DNA of 62,242 nucleotides, filler included, from Chiloscyllium plagiosum (lineage: Eukaryota), in assembly GCF_004010195.1 (NCBI RefSeq). It is 4 parts of one record of this genome, joined end to end, with 100 filler letters (N's around TTAATTAATTAA, not from the genome) between each part and the next. Parts side by side here need not be neighbours in the genome. Positions count along the whole stretch, not along the records: positions 1 to 26,736 come from NC_057710.1; 3 more parts are not named here. One strand, written 5' to 3'. Position numbers and translations under genes: made by a program. Below, in pieces: positions 1 through 12,360 of the stretch. A model generated the notes under the pieces. It had not been told where the DNA came from. It did not search any database and worked only from the letters and a program-made list of their open reading frames with translations. Every line of letters starts with the position of its first letter. The first letter of the stretch is position 1.

Positions 1-288
1 CTCAGCCCGCTTGGCACACCGTCGCAAATTCACCTGCACCTCCACACATATCATTTACTGTATCCGTTGCACCCAATGTGGTCTCCTCTATATTGGGGAG
101 ACAAGCCGCCTACTTGCGGAACATTTCGGGGAACACCTCTGGGACACCCGCACCAACCAACCCAACTGCCCCGTGGCTGAACACTTTAACTGATTCCTGA
201 AGAAGGGCTTATGCCCAAAACGTCGATTCTCCTGCTCTTCAGATGCTGCCTGGCCTGCTGTGTTTTTCCAGCACCACATTTTTCAACT
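1..288 (+). mobile_element. Penelope-like element (family A) fragment: GIY-YIG endonuclease piece plus 3' end with mutated hammerhead
   Basis: Translation IIYCIRCTQCGLLYIGETSRLLAEHFGEHL is a PLE GIY-YIG motif. It is followed by CTGAAGAAGGGCTTATGCCCAAAACGTC (GAAA changed to AAAA) and the family A 3' end; similar to 59200-59860. Confidence 0.85.
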
Positions 289-855
289 CAAGTGCTATTA
301 ACCCAATCTATACCCCTCATGAAGCTATAAATCGCGACAAAATCTCCCCTCACCCTGTTATGCTCCTGTGAAAAATGCCCCAGCCTATCCAGCCTTTCTT
401 TATAGCTCAAACCTTCCACACCCAGCAACATCCTGGGAAATCTCTTCTGAACCCTCTCCGGCTTAATAATCAACCATGATTCTATTGGGTGACAAAGCAG
501 GCCACCTTCTGGTCCTACTTTCTATTGGTGTAATACCGTTCAGTAAAATTGTGCCACATTCTTGTAGAATTGCCCAAAGTCAAATTTAACGTCCTTGCTT
601 CAGATTGAACTACCTCACTTTCAAACAGAATGTACAACCTATCATATTATTGCCACTCATCCCTGTCTTTTGCATTATTTATTAGACCTTTCTCATTTAA
701 TTAATATTTGATCTAAAATATCTTGCCCTCTCGACAGTTGTTCATTATATTGCTGGAGAAAACCATCCCCAAGACACTCCAAAAAGTGGTCCTCTCTAGC
801 ATTAGTTTCAAAAATACTTCTGTGGCTGGAGGATGTCATGAGGCTGTGATGATGT
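289..855 (-). mobile_element. CR1 LINE ORF2 fragments (decayed)
   Basis: Minus-strand ERVQKRFPRMLLGVEGLSYKERLDRLG and FLECLGDGFLQQY..ILD motifs typical of CR1 ORF2. Confidence 0.7.
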
Positions 856-930
856 GGAGATGCCGGTGCTGGACTGGGGTGGACAAAGTTAAAAATCACA
901 CAACACCCAGGTTGTAGGTATATTTGGAAG

Positions 931-965
931 CACTAGCTTTCAGAGCGCTGCTCCGTCATCAGGTG
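931..965 (-). ncRNA. Minimal type I hammerhead ribozyme (PLE family B)
   Basis: Reverse complement CAC-CUGAUGA-C-GGAGC-AGC-GCUCU-GAAA-GC-UA-GUG: intact core, stem II, and stem I CAC/GUG. Confidence 0.75.
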
Positions 966-1156
966 GTTGTGGAGAATAAGATCGCAAGACACAGAAGTTA
1001 TAGCAAAAGTTTACAATGTGATGTAACTGAAATTATATCTTGAAAAAGACCTGGATTGTTTAAGTCTCTCATCTTTTCGAATGACTGTGTTGGTTTCAGT
1101 TCTTTCATTTGAAAAGCGCAGAATGTTTTTAAAGTTACATTCTCAAGTGAACTGAA

Positions 1157-1606
1157 GGCGTTTGGTATGCTTTCCTTTATTGGTCAGAGTATTGAGTACA
1201 GGAGTTGAGAGGTCATGCTGCAGCTGTACAGGACATTGGTTAGGCCACTGTTGGAATATTGCGTGCAATTCTGGTCTCCTTCCTATCGGAAAGATGTTGT
1301 GAAACTTGAAAGGGTTCAGAAAAGATTTGAGAGGGGAAAAATATAAAAGAAACCTATGGGGCAACTTTTTCACGCAGAGGGTGGTACGTGTATGGAATGA
1401 GCTGCCAGAGGATGTGGTGGAGGCTGGTACAATTGCAATATTTAAGAGGCATTTGGATGGGTATATGAATAGGAGGGGTTTGGAGGGATATGGGCTGGGT
1501 GCTGGCAGGTGGGACTAGATTGGGTTGGGATATCTGGTCGGCATGGACGGGTTGGACCGAAAGGTAATTTTCCATGCTGTACATCTCAATGACTATGACT
1601 CTATGA
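1157..1606 (+). mobile_element. CR1 LINE 3' end
   Basis: [17 protein letters not shown] and FFTQRVVRVWNELPEDVVEAG motifs, 3' UTR and short-repeat tail. Confidence 0.9.
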
Positions 1607-1670
1607 CTGGTGTCATGTTGGACCAGATAATGCTATAAATTCTGTGTCTTATGCTCTTATAGTCTACAAT

Positions 1671-1705
1671 CACCTGATGAAGGAGCAGGGCTCCGAAAGC
1701 TAGCG
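1671..1705 (+). ncRNA. Minimal type I hammerhead ribozyme (PLE family B)
   Basis: CAC-CTGATGA-A-GGAGC-AGG-GCTCC-GAAA-GC-TA-GCG; intact core with one stem I mismatch. Confidence 0.65.
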
Positions 1706-1782
1706 CTTCCAACTAAACCTGTTGGACTATAACCTGGCATTGTGTGATTTTTAACCTGATACTGTGAAAGGCACAATATAAA

Positions 1783-2355
1783 TGTATAGAATATTGTGTG
1801 CAATTTTGGTTTCCTTTTCTGAGGAAGGATACTCTTGCTCTCTCTCGAGAGTGCAGCATAGGGTTATCAGGCTGATTCCAGGGATGGTGGGACTGATGTA
1901 TGAGGAGAGATTGACTAGGTTAGGATTGGTTTCACTGGAGTTCAGACGGGGGGGGTGGGGGTGGAATTCTTATGGAGCGTTACAAAATTCAAACAGGGTA
2001 GATGCACGGAGGATGTTCCTGATGGTGGGTGTGTCCAGAACCAGGGGGTCACAGTCTGAGGATTCAGGGTGGGCCATTTAGGATGGAGATGAGGAGACAT
2101 TTCTTCACCCAAAGAGTGGGTGAGCCTGTGGGATTCATTACCACAGGAAGCAGGTTATACCAAAACATTGAATATATTGAAGAGGCAGCTAGATACAGCA
2201 CTCGGGGTGAATGGTATCAAAGGTTGTGGGGAGAAAGCAGGATTAGTCTTTGGGTTGGATGATCAGCCGTGATCGTGATGAATGTGGAGCAGGCTCGAAG
2301 GGCCGAATGGCCTCTTCCTGCTCCTACTTTCTATGTTTCTATCTTTCTATGTTTG
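1783..2355 (+). mobile_element. CR1 LINE 3' end
   Basis: RLIPGMVGLMYEERLTRLGL and EMRRHFFTQRV motifs; TTCTATGT-type tail. Confidence 0.85.
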
Positions 2356-2548
2356 GTCCTTTAATTTTGTTTTCTCCCTTCCTTCACACGAGCCCACCTT
2401 TCTTTATTTCTCTCACAGTTAGAGGTCTCTTCTCGTGGGCAAAGTGGAAAGCAGCAGATAGAGGGTCAGTCTCGGGTTAGTATGATGACTGAAATCCCAG
2501 AGTGTCACAGTGAATGTGAGAGTGTGACCATGAATCCATTGCCAATTG

Positions 2549-3048
2549 NNNNNNNNNNNNNNNNNNNNNNNNNNNNNNNNNNNNNNNNNNNNNNNNNNNN
2601 NNNNNNNNNNNNNNNNNNNNNNNNNNNNNNNNNNNNNNNNNNNNNNNNNNNNNNNNNNNNNNNNNNNNNNNNNNNNNNNNNNNNNNNNNNNNNNNNNNNN
2701 NNNNNNNNNNNNNNNNNNNNNNNNNNNNNNNNNNNNNNNNNNNNNNNNNNNNNNNNNNNNNNNNNNNNNNNNNNNNNNNNNNNNNNNNNNNNNNNNNNNN
2801 NNNNNNNNNNNNNNNNNNNNNNNNNNNNNNNNNNNNNNNNNNNNNNNNNNNNNNNNNNNNNNNNNNNNNNNNNNNNNNNNNNNNNNNNNNNNNNNNNNNN
2901 NNNNNNNNNNNNNNNNNNNNNNNNNNNNNNNNNNNNNNNNNNNNNNNNNNNNNNNNNNNNNNNNNNNNNNNNNNNNNNNNNNNNNNNNNNNNNNNNNNNN
3001 NNNNNNNNNNNNNNNNNNNNNNNNNNNNNNNNNNNNNNNNNNNNNNNN
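2549..3048. other. Assembly gap (500 N)
   Basis: Run of N. Confidence 1.
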
Positions 3049-3089
3049 TGCTGAAATTGGTGGGGGATGCTATTTTATTCGTAATGTCA

Positions 3090-3545
3090 TTAGGTAATTA
3101 ATCCAGAGGCCCAGACTAAGACTGCTTAAATTTAAATTCAATTATTAAAAGTTGTCTGGATTTGAATCCTAATGAAACTAACATCACTTGTTCGAATAAT
3201 GTAGAGGTGCCGATGTTGGATTGGGCTGGACAAAGTTAAAAATCACAGAATGCGCTGTAGAAACTCAGCAACTGTGGAGAGACAGTAAAGTTAATGGCTT
3301 GGATCCAGTGACTCTCATGCAGAGCTCAAAGATGGCCTTTAGAGAAGGAGATCTGCCGTCCTTACCCAGTCTGACCTCCACGTGACTCCAGACCACAAGA
3401 GGTCCGTGGGTGTTTGCAGAACTCTGAGACGCAGAGGCTGACCTTCAACCTCCCTCTGAAAAGGCTGAGCAATGCATTCAGTTCAAAGGGCAGTTAGGGT
3501 TAGGGAATAAATGCTGGCCTTGCCAACAAGACCCACATCCTGTGA
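3090..3545 (+). mobile_element. Second tRNA-derived SINE family, fragmented and interrupted by PLE remnants
   Basis: Variant of the shared core AGGAAATCTGCCGTCCTTACCTGGTCTGGCCTACATGTGACTCCAGACC and tail AATAAATGCTGGCC, seen many times in this window. Confidence 0.65.
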
Positions 3546-3634
3546 AGGAGCACTTGCCAGCAAATGAAATGGAATCTGAGCTCAGGGGCTGACCACCAGA
3601 GACTTGAGATTCTGCAGGGGTCACCGAAAGGATG

Positions 3635-3788
3635 AAGTGAGGACTGCAGATGCTGGATTGTCAGAGTTGAAATGTGTAGTACTGGAAAAACACAGTCGGT
3701 CAGGCAGCATCCGAGGAGCAGGCGAATCGACGTTTCAGGCATAAGCCCTTCATCACCTGCTGTGCTTTTCAAGCGTCACACTTTTTTA
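3635..3788. mobile_element. PLE family A short inverted insertion with 14-bp TSD
   Basis: TCACCGAAAGGATG at 3621-3634 and 3789-3802 flanks family A 3'-end sequence. Confidence 0.8.
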
Positions 3789-3799
3789 TCACCGAAAGG

Positions 3800-4058
3800 A
3801 TGGCACGGTGGCACAGTGGTTAGCACTGCTGCCTCACAGCACCAGAGACCCGGGTTCAATTCCCGTCTCAGGCGACTGACTGTGTGGAGTTTGTACGTTC
3901 TCCCTGTGTCTGCGTGGGTTTCCTCCCACAGTCCAAAAATGTGCAGGTTAGGTGAATTGATCATGCCAAGTTGCCTGTAGTGTTAGGTGAAGGGGAATGG
4001 GTCAGTGTGGACTTGTTGGGCTGAAGGGCCTGTTTCCACACAGTAAGTAATCTAATCT
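3800..4058 (+). mobile_element. HE1-type SINE (tRNA-derived V-SINE with CR1-like tail)
   Basis: A box TGGCACAGTGG, B box GGTTCAATTCC, V-domain GTGTGGAGTTTG..GTCTGCGTGGGTTTCC, (AATCT)n tail. Confidence 0.9.
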
Positions 4059-4200
4059 TCCTTATAGTAGGAAAGATCCAAACCAGAGTATCTGTTTATG
4101 TCCTTAATCAACAGCTCTACACGTCTTTCCCAGCTCAATGCATTTTCTCCAGCAGGTGAAAAGGTTTCCTTTTACTTTGCAAGTGACTTTCTGTCAACAG

Positions 4201-4406
4201 ATGGAAATGTGTTGCTGGAAAAGCGCAGCAGGTCAGGCAGCATCTAGGGAACAGGAGAATCGACGTTTCGGGCATTAGCCCTTCTTCAGGCTAATGCCCG
4301 AAACGTCGATTCTCCTGTTCCATAGATGCTGCCTGACCTGCTGCGCTTTTCCAGCAACACATTTCCATCTCTGATCTCCAGCATCTGCAGACCTCACTTT
4401 CTCCTC
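4201..4406. mobile_element. PLE family A head-to-head inverted mini-element with 15-bp TSD
   Basis: Near-perfect palindrome centred at about 4290; TSD ACTTTCTGTCAACAG at 4186-4200 and 4407-4421. Confidence 0.9.
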
Positions 4407-4687
4407 ACTTTCTGTCAACAGCCTTGTAATTGAATGGTCCTTTTTAATCAAGTCCTCCCATGATCTGACCAGTTAACTGGGTGAAATGGACCTAAAATCC
4501 TAGTTTTGTGCTCACCTCTTGACTGGTGGAAGGTACAATTGCTTTATCTTGTTGTGATTGGGTTAGCTCAGTTGGCTGGATGGCTGTTTGCAAAACAGAA
4601 TGTTCAATTCCCCCCATTAGCTGAGGTTACCATAAAGATCCCACCTCCCTATCCTCTCCCCTTCCCTTATGTAGTGGCCCTCAGGAT

Positions 4688-5460
4688 AAATGACTTCCAG
4701 AATGGTGTGGAGGCTTTGGAGAGGGTACAGAGAAGGTTTAGCAGGATGTTGTCTGGTTTGGAGGGTTACAGCCATGAGGAGAGATTGGATAAACTCAATC
4801 TGTCTTCCCGTGAATGTCGAAGGATGAGGGGTGACCTGATAGAAATTGACAAAATTATGACAGTGTGGATAGTCAGAGTCTTCTTTCCCAGGGTGAAAAT
4901 GTTAATTATGAGGGGACTTAGGTTTCGGGTAAAAGAGGGAAAGTTAAAAGAAGTGAGGGGCAAGTTTCTTACGCAGAGGGTGGTAAATGCTCGGGATGTG
5001 CTGCCAGAGGAGGTGATGGAGGAGAATACAATAGCAATGTTGAAGAGGCACCATGACAGACCTCTATGAATAGGCAGGGAATAGAGGGGTATAAATCGCA
5101 GAGAGGCAAAAGGTTTTTAGTTTAGAAAGGCATCATGTGCTGTCTCAGTCTTGGTTGGCAGGAGCGCCTGTTCTTGTGCTATATTGTTCTTTCTTCAGTC
5201 ATACCCAACATGGAAACAGACCCTTCGATCCAACTAGTCCACACCAAACATGTTCCCAAACTAAACTAGTCCCACTTGCCTGCATTTGGCCCGTATCCCT
5301 CCAAAACTTTCCTATTCAAGTACCTGTCCAAGTGTCTTTTAAATGTACTGTACCTGCATCCTCCAATCCTTCTGACAGTTCATTCCACACTCTCTGTGTA
5401 CAAAGGTTGCCCCTCATGTCCTTTTTAACACTTTGTCCTTGCGTCTTAAGAAGATGCCCC
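4688..5460. mobile_element. Two CR1 3' ends tail-to-tail (plus 4688-5195, minus 5195-5460)
   Basis: ALERVQRRFSRML...FLTQRVVNA on plus; CR1 3' UTR on minus. Confidence 0.8.
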
Positions 5461-5581
5461 CTTGAACTCTCTCACCTTTTGCCTGGTAAATGTTGTAAGT
5501 GAGGCTGCATCGACTTTTTTGAAGGACGGAGTGGTCAACTCCTGCTACTACTTCTGATGGTCTTTGTGGGGACTGACAATC

Positions 5582-5863
5582 TTAGATCAGGCCCTTCGGC
5601 CCAACAAGTCCACACCGATCGGCCGAAGCGCAACCCACCCATTCCCCTACATTTACCCCTTTATCTAACACTACGGGCAACTTAGCATGGCCAATTCACC
5701 TTACCTGCACATCTTTGGACTGTGGGAGGTACCCGGAGGAAACCCACGCAGACACGGGGAGAATGTGCAAACTCCACACAGTCAGTCGCCTGAGTCGGGA
5801 ATTGAACCCGGATCTCTGGCGCTGTGAGGCAGCAGTGCTAACCACTGTGCCACCGTGCTGCCC
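5582..5863 (-). mobile_element. HE1-type SINE
   Basis: Reverse complement of the HE1 copy at 11994-12324. Confidence 0.9.
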
Positions 5864-5904
5864 ACCAAAGTGAAAGGAAATCTCTTGCCTTTTCTGTTTG
5901 GAAA

Positions 5905-6185
5905 GCTGTTATTGCCCAACCCTTGTGGTGCTGTTCAGCGTCAATCACATAGCAATGGGTCTTGGGTTACATGTCAGCCAAATCAGGTGAGGATGGCACG
6001 TTTCCTTTTTTAAGTGATATTTGACAGCACTTACATGGTCATCATTAGACAAGCTTTTTAATTTCCAGAGTTTCATTGAATTTGAATTTCACCATTCGCT
6101 ATGTTGAGATTTAAACCAATGTCCTCAGATATTAGCTTGGTATTCTGGTTTCCTAGTGACATTATCAACAAATCAACACCTCCCC
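5905..6185 (-). mobile_element. Second SINE family, decayed
   Basis: Degenerate reverse complement of the core at 31843-32090. Confidence 0.55.
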
Positions 6186-6267
6186 ATAGACAACACAGCT
6201 TCAATACTTTTATAGATGTTGAATTTAGCATTTGCAATTTGATTTCAGGATGCATATCTCTGCATCA

Positions 6268-7627
6268 CATCGATTGTTAGGAAGCTATTGGAGAGAATTC
6301 TCAGGGGTAGGATTTATGCACATTGGGAAAAGTATGACCTAATTAGGGGCAGTCAGCATGGCTTCAAGCAGGACAGGTCATGTCTTACTAACTTGATTGA
6401 ATTTTTCAAGTAGTTGATGAAGGTGATCGATGAGGGTTGACCAGTGGATGTTGTCTACATGGATTTTAGTAAGGATTTCGACAAGGTCCTTCATGGTAGG
6501 CTCATCCAGAAGATTAAGATGTATGGGATCCACGGTGACTTGGTCACTTGGAATCAGAATGGGCTTGCCTATAGAAGGCAGAGGGTAGTGATGGAAGGGC
6601 GTTTTCCAGGCTGGAGGTCTGCGACTAGTGGTGTTCCACAGGGATCCATGCTGGACCTCTGATATCTATAAATGATTTGGATGAAAATGTCATTGGGTGG
6701 GTTAGTAAATTTGCAGACGATACAAAGATCGGTGGAGTTGTGGATAGTGTAGAAGGTTGTCAATGGATACAGTGGGATATACATCAGTTACTGATGTGGG
6801 CGGAGAAATGGTGGATGGAGATTAATCCGGGTAAGTGTGAGGTGCTGCACTTTGGGAGATCAAATGTTATGGAAAAGTATCCAGTTGATGGCAGGGCCCT
6901 GAACAGCACGAATTTACAGGGGGATCTTGGGGTTCAAGTCCACAGCTCCCTGAAAGTGTGTCCTCAAGTAGATAGGGTGGTAAAGAAGGCGCATAACATG
7001 CTTACCTTTAATGGTCAGGGAATTGAGTATAAGAGTCAGGATGTCATGTTGCAGCTTTATAAGTCTTTGGTTTGGCCACACTTAGAGTATTGTGTTCAAT
7101 TCTGGTCGCCACATTACAGGAAGGATGTGAAGGCTTTGGAGAGGGTGCAGAAGAGTTTACTAGGATGCTGCCTGGATTAGAGGGTATGAGTTATAAGGAG
7201 AGGCTAGAAAAACTCAGGCTGTTTTCTCTCGAGCAGCAAAGACTGAAGGGAGACTTGATTGAAGTCTATACAATTAAGAGATGGACAGATAGGTATGACA
7301 GTCAGAATCTTTTTTCCCAGTGTTGAAATGTCTAAAACTAAGGGGCATGCATTTAAGGTGAGAGGGGGAAAGTTCAAAGGAGATGTGAGGGGTAAGGTTT
7401 TTACACAGAGAGTGGTAGGTGTCTGGAACATGTTGCTAGGATAGTGGTGGAGGCAGATACAATAGGAACGTTTAATGGACTTTTAGATAAGCTCATGAAT
7501 ATGCAACGGATGGAGGGAAATGGACGGAGGGCAGGCAGAAGGGATTAGTTTTATTTGGCGTCATGTTCAGCACAACATCGTGGGCCGAAGGGCCTGTTCC
7601 TGTGCATACTGTTCTGTGTTCTAATTC
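6268..7627 (+). mobile_element. CR1 LINE ORF2 reverse transcriptase and 3' end (frameshifted)
   Basis: [50 protein letters not shown]. Confidence 0.95.
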
Positions 7628-7719
7628 TCTTCTTGTTTTGCATTCTCCTGTCAGGAATGGCCAATCACTAATGGCACAAGTGTAAGAAAAAATAAGACTT
7701 TCACCGTCTGATTTCATTT

Positions 7720-9025
7720 GAGTTTTGCTGGGAAAATGAACTTTAAGTCGAGATTTTTGAGGAAGTCTTGACCAGAGCAGATAGAGGAGAACCAGTAAAC
7801 ACACTCTATTTGAACTTCCAGAAGGCGTTCAACAAAGTGCCTCACAAAAAGTTATGACATAAGATAAGAGCCAACGTTGTTGGAAGCAATATATTGGCAT
7901 GGATAGAGAATTGGCTCATGGTCAGGAAATATATAGGAGTATAATGTGGGTAAAGTTGGATGGCTATTGCAGATTGCATTAGAAAACAATTTCTTCTGTG
8001 TATGATCATTTTGAGATTTTTGTCCTGCAGTTCCACTTATTCAATGGGAATACTTTTTTTTATTTTGGGAGGGAAAACAAAAGAACACTTAAATGGAGAG
8101 AAGCTGCAGAAAGCTGTAACACAAAGGGACTTATGGAAACTTGTATACGAAACACAGAAAGCTAGCACACAGGAACAGCAGATAATCAGGAAGGCTCATG
8201 GAATATTGATCTTTATTTTAAGGGAATTGGAGTTTAATTTGAAGTATTGTGATCAGTTTGAATCCCCTACTATAAGGAAAGATATCATTTCATTGGAGGC
8301 AGTTCAGAGAAGGTTCACGAGGATGATCCAACCCATCCATGCCGACCAGATATCCCAACCCAATCTAGTCCCACCTGCCAGCACCCGACCCATATCCCTC
8401 CAAACCCTTCCTATTCATATACCCATCCAAATGCCTCTTAAATGTTGCAATTGTACTAGCCTCCACCACATCCTCTGGCAGCTCATTCCATACACGTACC
8501 ACCCTCTGCGTGAAAAAGTTGCCCCGAGGCCTCTTTTATATATTTCTCCTCTCACCCTAAACCTATGTCCTCTAGTTCGGGACTCCCCGACCCCATATAT
8601 GGAGAGATTGTCCTGTGAACAAAGGTTAAACAGGTCGGGAAGTTTAGAGGAATGAGAGGTGATCTTATTGAAACTTATCGGATTATTAAGGGGCTTGACA
8701 GGGTCAATGCTGAGAGAATGTTTCCCCTCATGAGAGAATCTAGGACCAGCTTTAAGACTGAGATGAGGAGAAATTTCTTCTCTCAGAGAGTTGAGAGTCT
8801 TTGGAATTCCTTGCCACCGAGAGAGCTGTGGGGGGCAGAGTTCTTGTGTATATTTCAGGCTGAGAGAGATTCTTGATCAGTCAAGGAATCAAGGATTGTG
8901 GAGAAGAGACAGGAAAGTGGATGTGAGGAATGTTAGATCAGCCATGATCCTACTGAATGGCGGAAGAGTCTCAAGGGGGCTGAATGGCCTACTCCTGTTC
9001 CTATTGTTTAAGCTCTTATGGTCTA
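7720..9025 (+). mobile_element. Decayed CR1 with an antisense CR1 3' end inserted at about 8328-8595
   Basis: LEAVQRRFTRMI | inverted CR1 3' UTR | MERLSCEQRLNR..EMRRNFFSQRV. Confidence 0.8.
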
Positions 9026-10012
9026 TAGATCCACTTGTTTCGGTTCAGATGGCCAGAGGAAACATTATCAATCTGTTCAACACTGTTAGACCTTTCTACG
9101 TTTTAATCCGATTCCCTTCCTCAACCTTCTAAAATCCAGAGAATACAGGCTCAGTTCAACCAATCCTTTTGTACAGGATAGTCCTCCCATCCCAGGAATC
9201 AGCACGATGAACCTTGCCTATACTCCCTTGATGACAAGTACACCTTTTCTTAAATGGACAAAGTCAAAAAATCACACAACATCGGGTTAGAGTCCAACAG
9301 GTTTATTTGAAACTGCAAACTTTTGGCGCCCCTGCTCCTTCCTCAGGCAGGTTAGGTGAAGAGACCAAGCCTGTACACAATATTCCACTGTGGCTTATGC
9401 CCGAAATGTCGATTCCCCTTCTCCTTTGATGCTGCCTGACCTGCTGTGCTTTTCCAGCAACACATTTTTATGTGCTGGTATCACCTAGACCCAATATGGC
9501 TGCTCTCTTGCAATGGAGGCCAACATGCCATATGTCTTCCTAACGTTTTGCAGCACCTGCATGATTTACTCTCAGCGACTGGCATACAAGGGCACTTCAG
9601 ACAGCAACCATTCCCAATCTGTCATTGTTTCAACTGTATTCTGATATCTTGTTTATCCAGCAACTTTACACCTATCCATGTTATACTGCATCCATGTTAG
9701 ATGACCCAGTCACACAACTTGTTTACGTTGCCTTGAAGGCTCCTTATATCCTCCTCAATTCATAATCCCATAAGGTTTTGCATCAGCAAAAAATTTGTAA
9801 ATTTGACATTAGATTCCCTCATGCAAGTGGTTGATATAGATTATAAATGGCTGGTGTCAAAGAACTGATCCCTGGCGAATCCACTTGACAGTGCCTTCTG
9901 TTCTGAAAAATGAGGTTTATATTCCGACTCATTTTCATCTCCACTGATCAGTTCATGTTCCTCTATTATCATCGTGTCATGTTCTCTGATTTTGCACCCT
10001 AATTTCTTTTAT

Positions 10013-11590
10013 AAAGTCATAGAGATGTACAGCACAGAAGCAGACCCTTCGGTCCAAATTGTCCATGCCAACCAGATATCCCTAACCTAATCTAGTCCCA
10101 TTTGCCAGCACTTGGCCCATATCCCTCTAACCCTTCCTATTCATATACCCATCCAGATGCTTTTTAGATGTTGTAATAGTATCACTTCCTCTGGCAGCTC
10201 ATTCTATACGCACACAACCCTCTGTGTGATCCCTTTTATATCTTTTCCTTCTCACCCTAAACCTATGCCCTCTAGTTCTGGACTCCTCCACCCCAGGGAA
10301 AAAAAAATGTGTTTAGTTATTCTATCCATGCCCCTCATGATTTTATAAACCTCTGTAAGTTCACCCCTCAGCCTCCGACACTCCAGGGAAATCAACCCCA
10401 GATTATTCAACCTCTCCCTGTAGCTCAAATCCTCCAACCCTGGCAACATCCTTGTAAATCTTTTCTGATCCTCCAACCCTGGCAACATCCTTGTAAATCT
10501 TTTCTGAACCCTTTTTTAGATTAGATTAGATTACTTACAGTGTGGAAACAGGCCCTTCGATCCAACAAGTCCACACCGCCGAAGCGCAACCCACCCATAC
10601 CCCTACATTTACCCCTTACTTAACACTACGGGCAATTTAGCATGGCCAATTCACCTGACCTGCACATCTTTGGACTGTGGGAGGAAACCGGAGCACCCGG
10701 AGGAAACCCACGCAGACACGGGGAGAACGTGCAAACTCCACACAGTCAGTCGCCTGAGGCGGGAAATGAACCCGGGTCTCTGGCACTGTGAGGCAGTAGT
10801 GCTAACCACTGTGCCACCATGCTGCCCACAGTTTCCTTGAGTTTCACAACATCCTTCCAATAGGAAGGAGACCAGAATTGCATGTAATATTCCAAAAGTG
10901 GCCTAACCAATGCCCTGTACAGCCGTAACGTGACTTCCCAACTCCTGTACTCAATACTCTGAACAATAAAGGGAAGCATACCAAATGTCTTCTTCATGAT
11001 CCTACCTACCTGTGTCTCTACGTTCAAGGAGCCTGCACTCCAAGGTCTATTTGTTCAGCAACATTCCCTAGGACCTTACCATTAAGTTTATAAGTTCTGC
11101 TAAGAATTGCTTTTCCAAACTACAGCATCTCACATTTATCTGAATTAAACTCCATCTACTAATTCTCAGCCCATTGGTCCATCTGAGCAAGATCCCATTG
11201 TAATCTGAGGTAACCTTCTTTGCTGTCCACGACACCTCCAATTTTGGTTCATCTGCAAACTTACTAACTATACCTCCTATGCTCACTTCCAGGTTATTTA
11301 TATAAATGACGAAAAGTAATGGATCTAGCACCGATCCTTGTGGCACTCTACTGCTCACAGGCCTCCAGTCTGAAAAACAACCCTCCACCACCACCCTCTG
11401 CCTTCTACATTTGAGCCAGTTCTGTATCCAAATGGCTAGTTCTCCCTGTATTCTGTGATATCTAACCTTGCTAACCAGTCTCCCATGAGAAAACGTGTTG
11501 AATGCCTTACTGAGGTCCATTTGGATCATGTCTACCGCTCTGCCCTCATCAATCCTCTTTGTTACCTCTTCAAAAAAATCAATCAAGTTT
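10013..11590 (-). mobile_element. CR1 LINE RT and 3' end, interrupted by an HE1 SINE
   Basis: NLIDFFEEVTK, DLSKAF, VPQGSVL, KFADE, RPLLEY motifs. Confidence 0.92.
10517..10827 (-). mobile_element. HE1-type SINE
   Basis: Full copy with (TTAGA)n tail. Confidence 0.92.
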
Positions 11591-11667
11591 GAGGTTTGGC
11601 GGAACTTTATCAAAGGTTTTCTGAAAGTCCAAATACACCATGCCTTCTGGCTCTTCCTTGTCTAATC

Positions 11668-11990
11668 TACATGGAGATAGATCTATATGGAGAGTTTTTG
11701 CTGGATATGGATAAAGTTTGATGGATATGGAGAGGATTTGATGAATATGGAATAGCTTTGAGGATATAGAGAGAGTTTGATGGATATAGAGAGAGTTTGA
11801 TGGATAAGGAAAGAATTTGATAGATATGGAGAGGGTTTGATGGATATGGAGAGAATTTGATGGATATGGAATGGGTTTGATGGATATGGAGAGGGTTTGA
11901 TGGATATGGAGAGAGTTTGATGGCTATGGAATGGGTTTTATGGATATGGAGAGGGTTTGATGGATGTAGAGAGTTCGATGGATATGGAGT
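11668..11990. repeat. Minisatellite, about 20-bp unit GATGGATATGGAGAGGGTTT
   Basis: About 15 degenerate tandem copies; remnants continue at 12335-12360 and 12705-12742. Confidence 0.9.
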
Positions 11991-11993
11991 AAT

Positions 11994-12324
11994 GGGCGGC
12001 ACGGTGGCACAGTGGTTAGCACTGCTGCCTCGCAGCGCCAGAGACCCGGGTTCAATTCCCGCCTCAGGCGACTGACTGTGTGGAGTTTGCACGTTCTCCC
12101 CGTGTCTGCGTGGGTTTCCTCCGGATGCTCCGGTTTCCTCCCACAGTCCAAAGATGTGCAGGTCAGGTGAATTGGCCATGCTAAATTGCCCGTAGTGTTA
12201 GGTAAGGGGTAAATGCAGGGGTATGGGTGGGTTACGCTTCGGCGGGTCGGTGTGGACTTGTTGGGCCGAAGGGCCTGTTTCCACACTGTAAAGTAATCTA
12301 ATCTAATCTAATCTAATCTAATCT
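11994..12324 (+). mobile_element. HE1-type SINE (young, full length)
   Basis: Intact A and B boxes, V-domain, long (AATCT)n tail. Confidence 0.95.
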
Positions 12325-12360
12325 GATGACTATGACGAAGGTTTGATGGATATGGAGAGG

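Larger units (their letters stand above)
855..1756. mobile_element. PLE family B 3' ends in inverted orientation, separated by a CR1 fragment
   Basis: 855-1150 (minus) and about 1607-1756 (plus) are reverse complements, and both carry the hammerhead motif. Confidence 0.75.

Noticed and set aside
193..228. Hammerhead copy as an active ribozyme
   Set aside because: GAAA core mutated to AAAA; likely inactive.
2482..3097. ORFs of 183-190 aa
   Set aside because: Almost entirely N.
7960..8655. 231-aa ORF (and the 228-aa ORF at 14183-14869)
   Set aside because: Chance read-through of nested CR1 or SINE pieces.
11994..12065. tRNA-like A and B box sequences
   Set aside because: They are heads of HE1 SINEs continuing into the V-domain, not tRNA genes.
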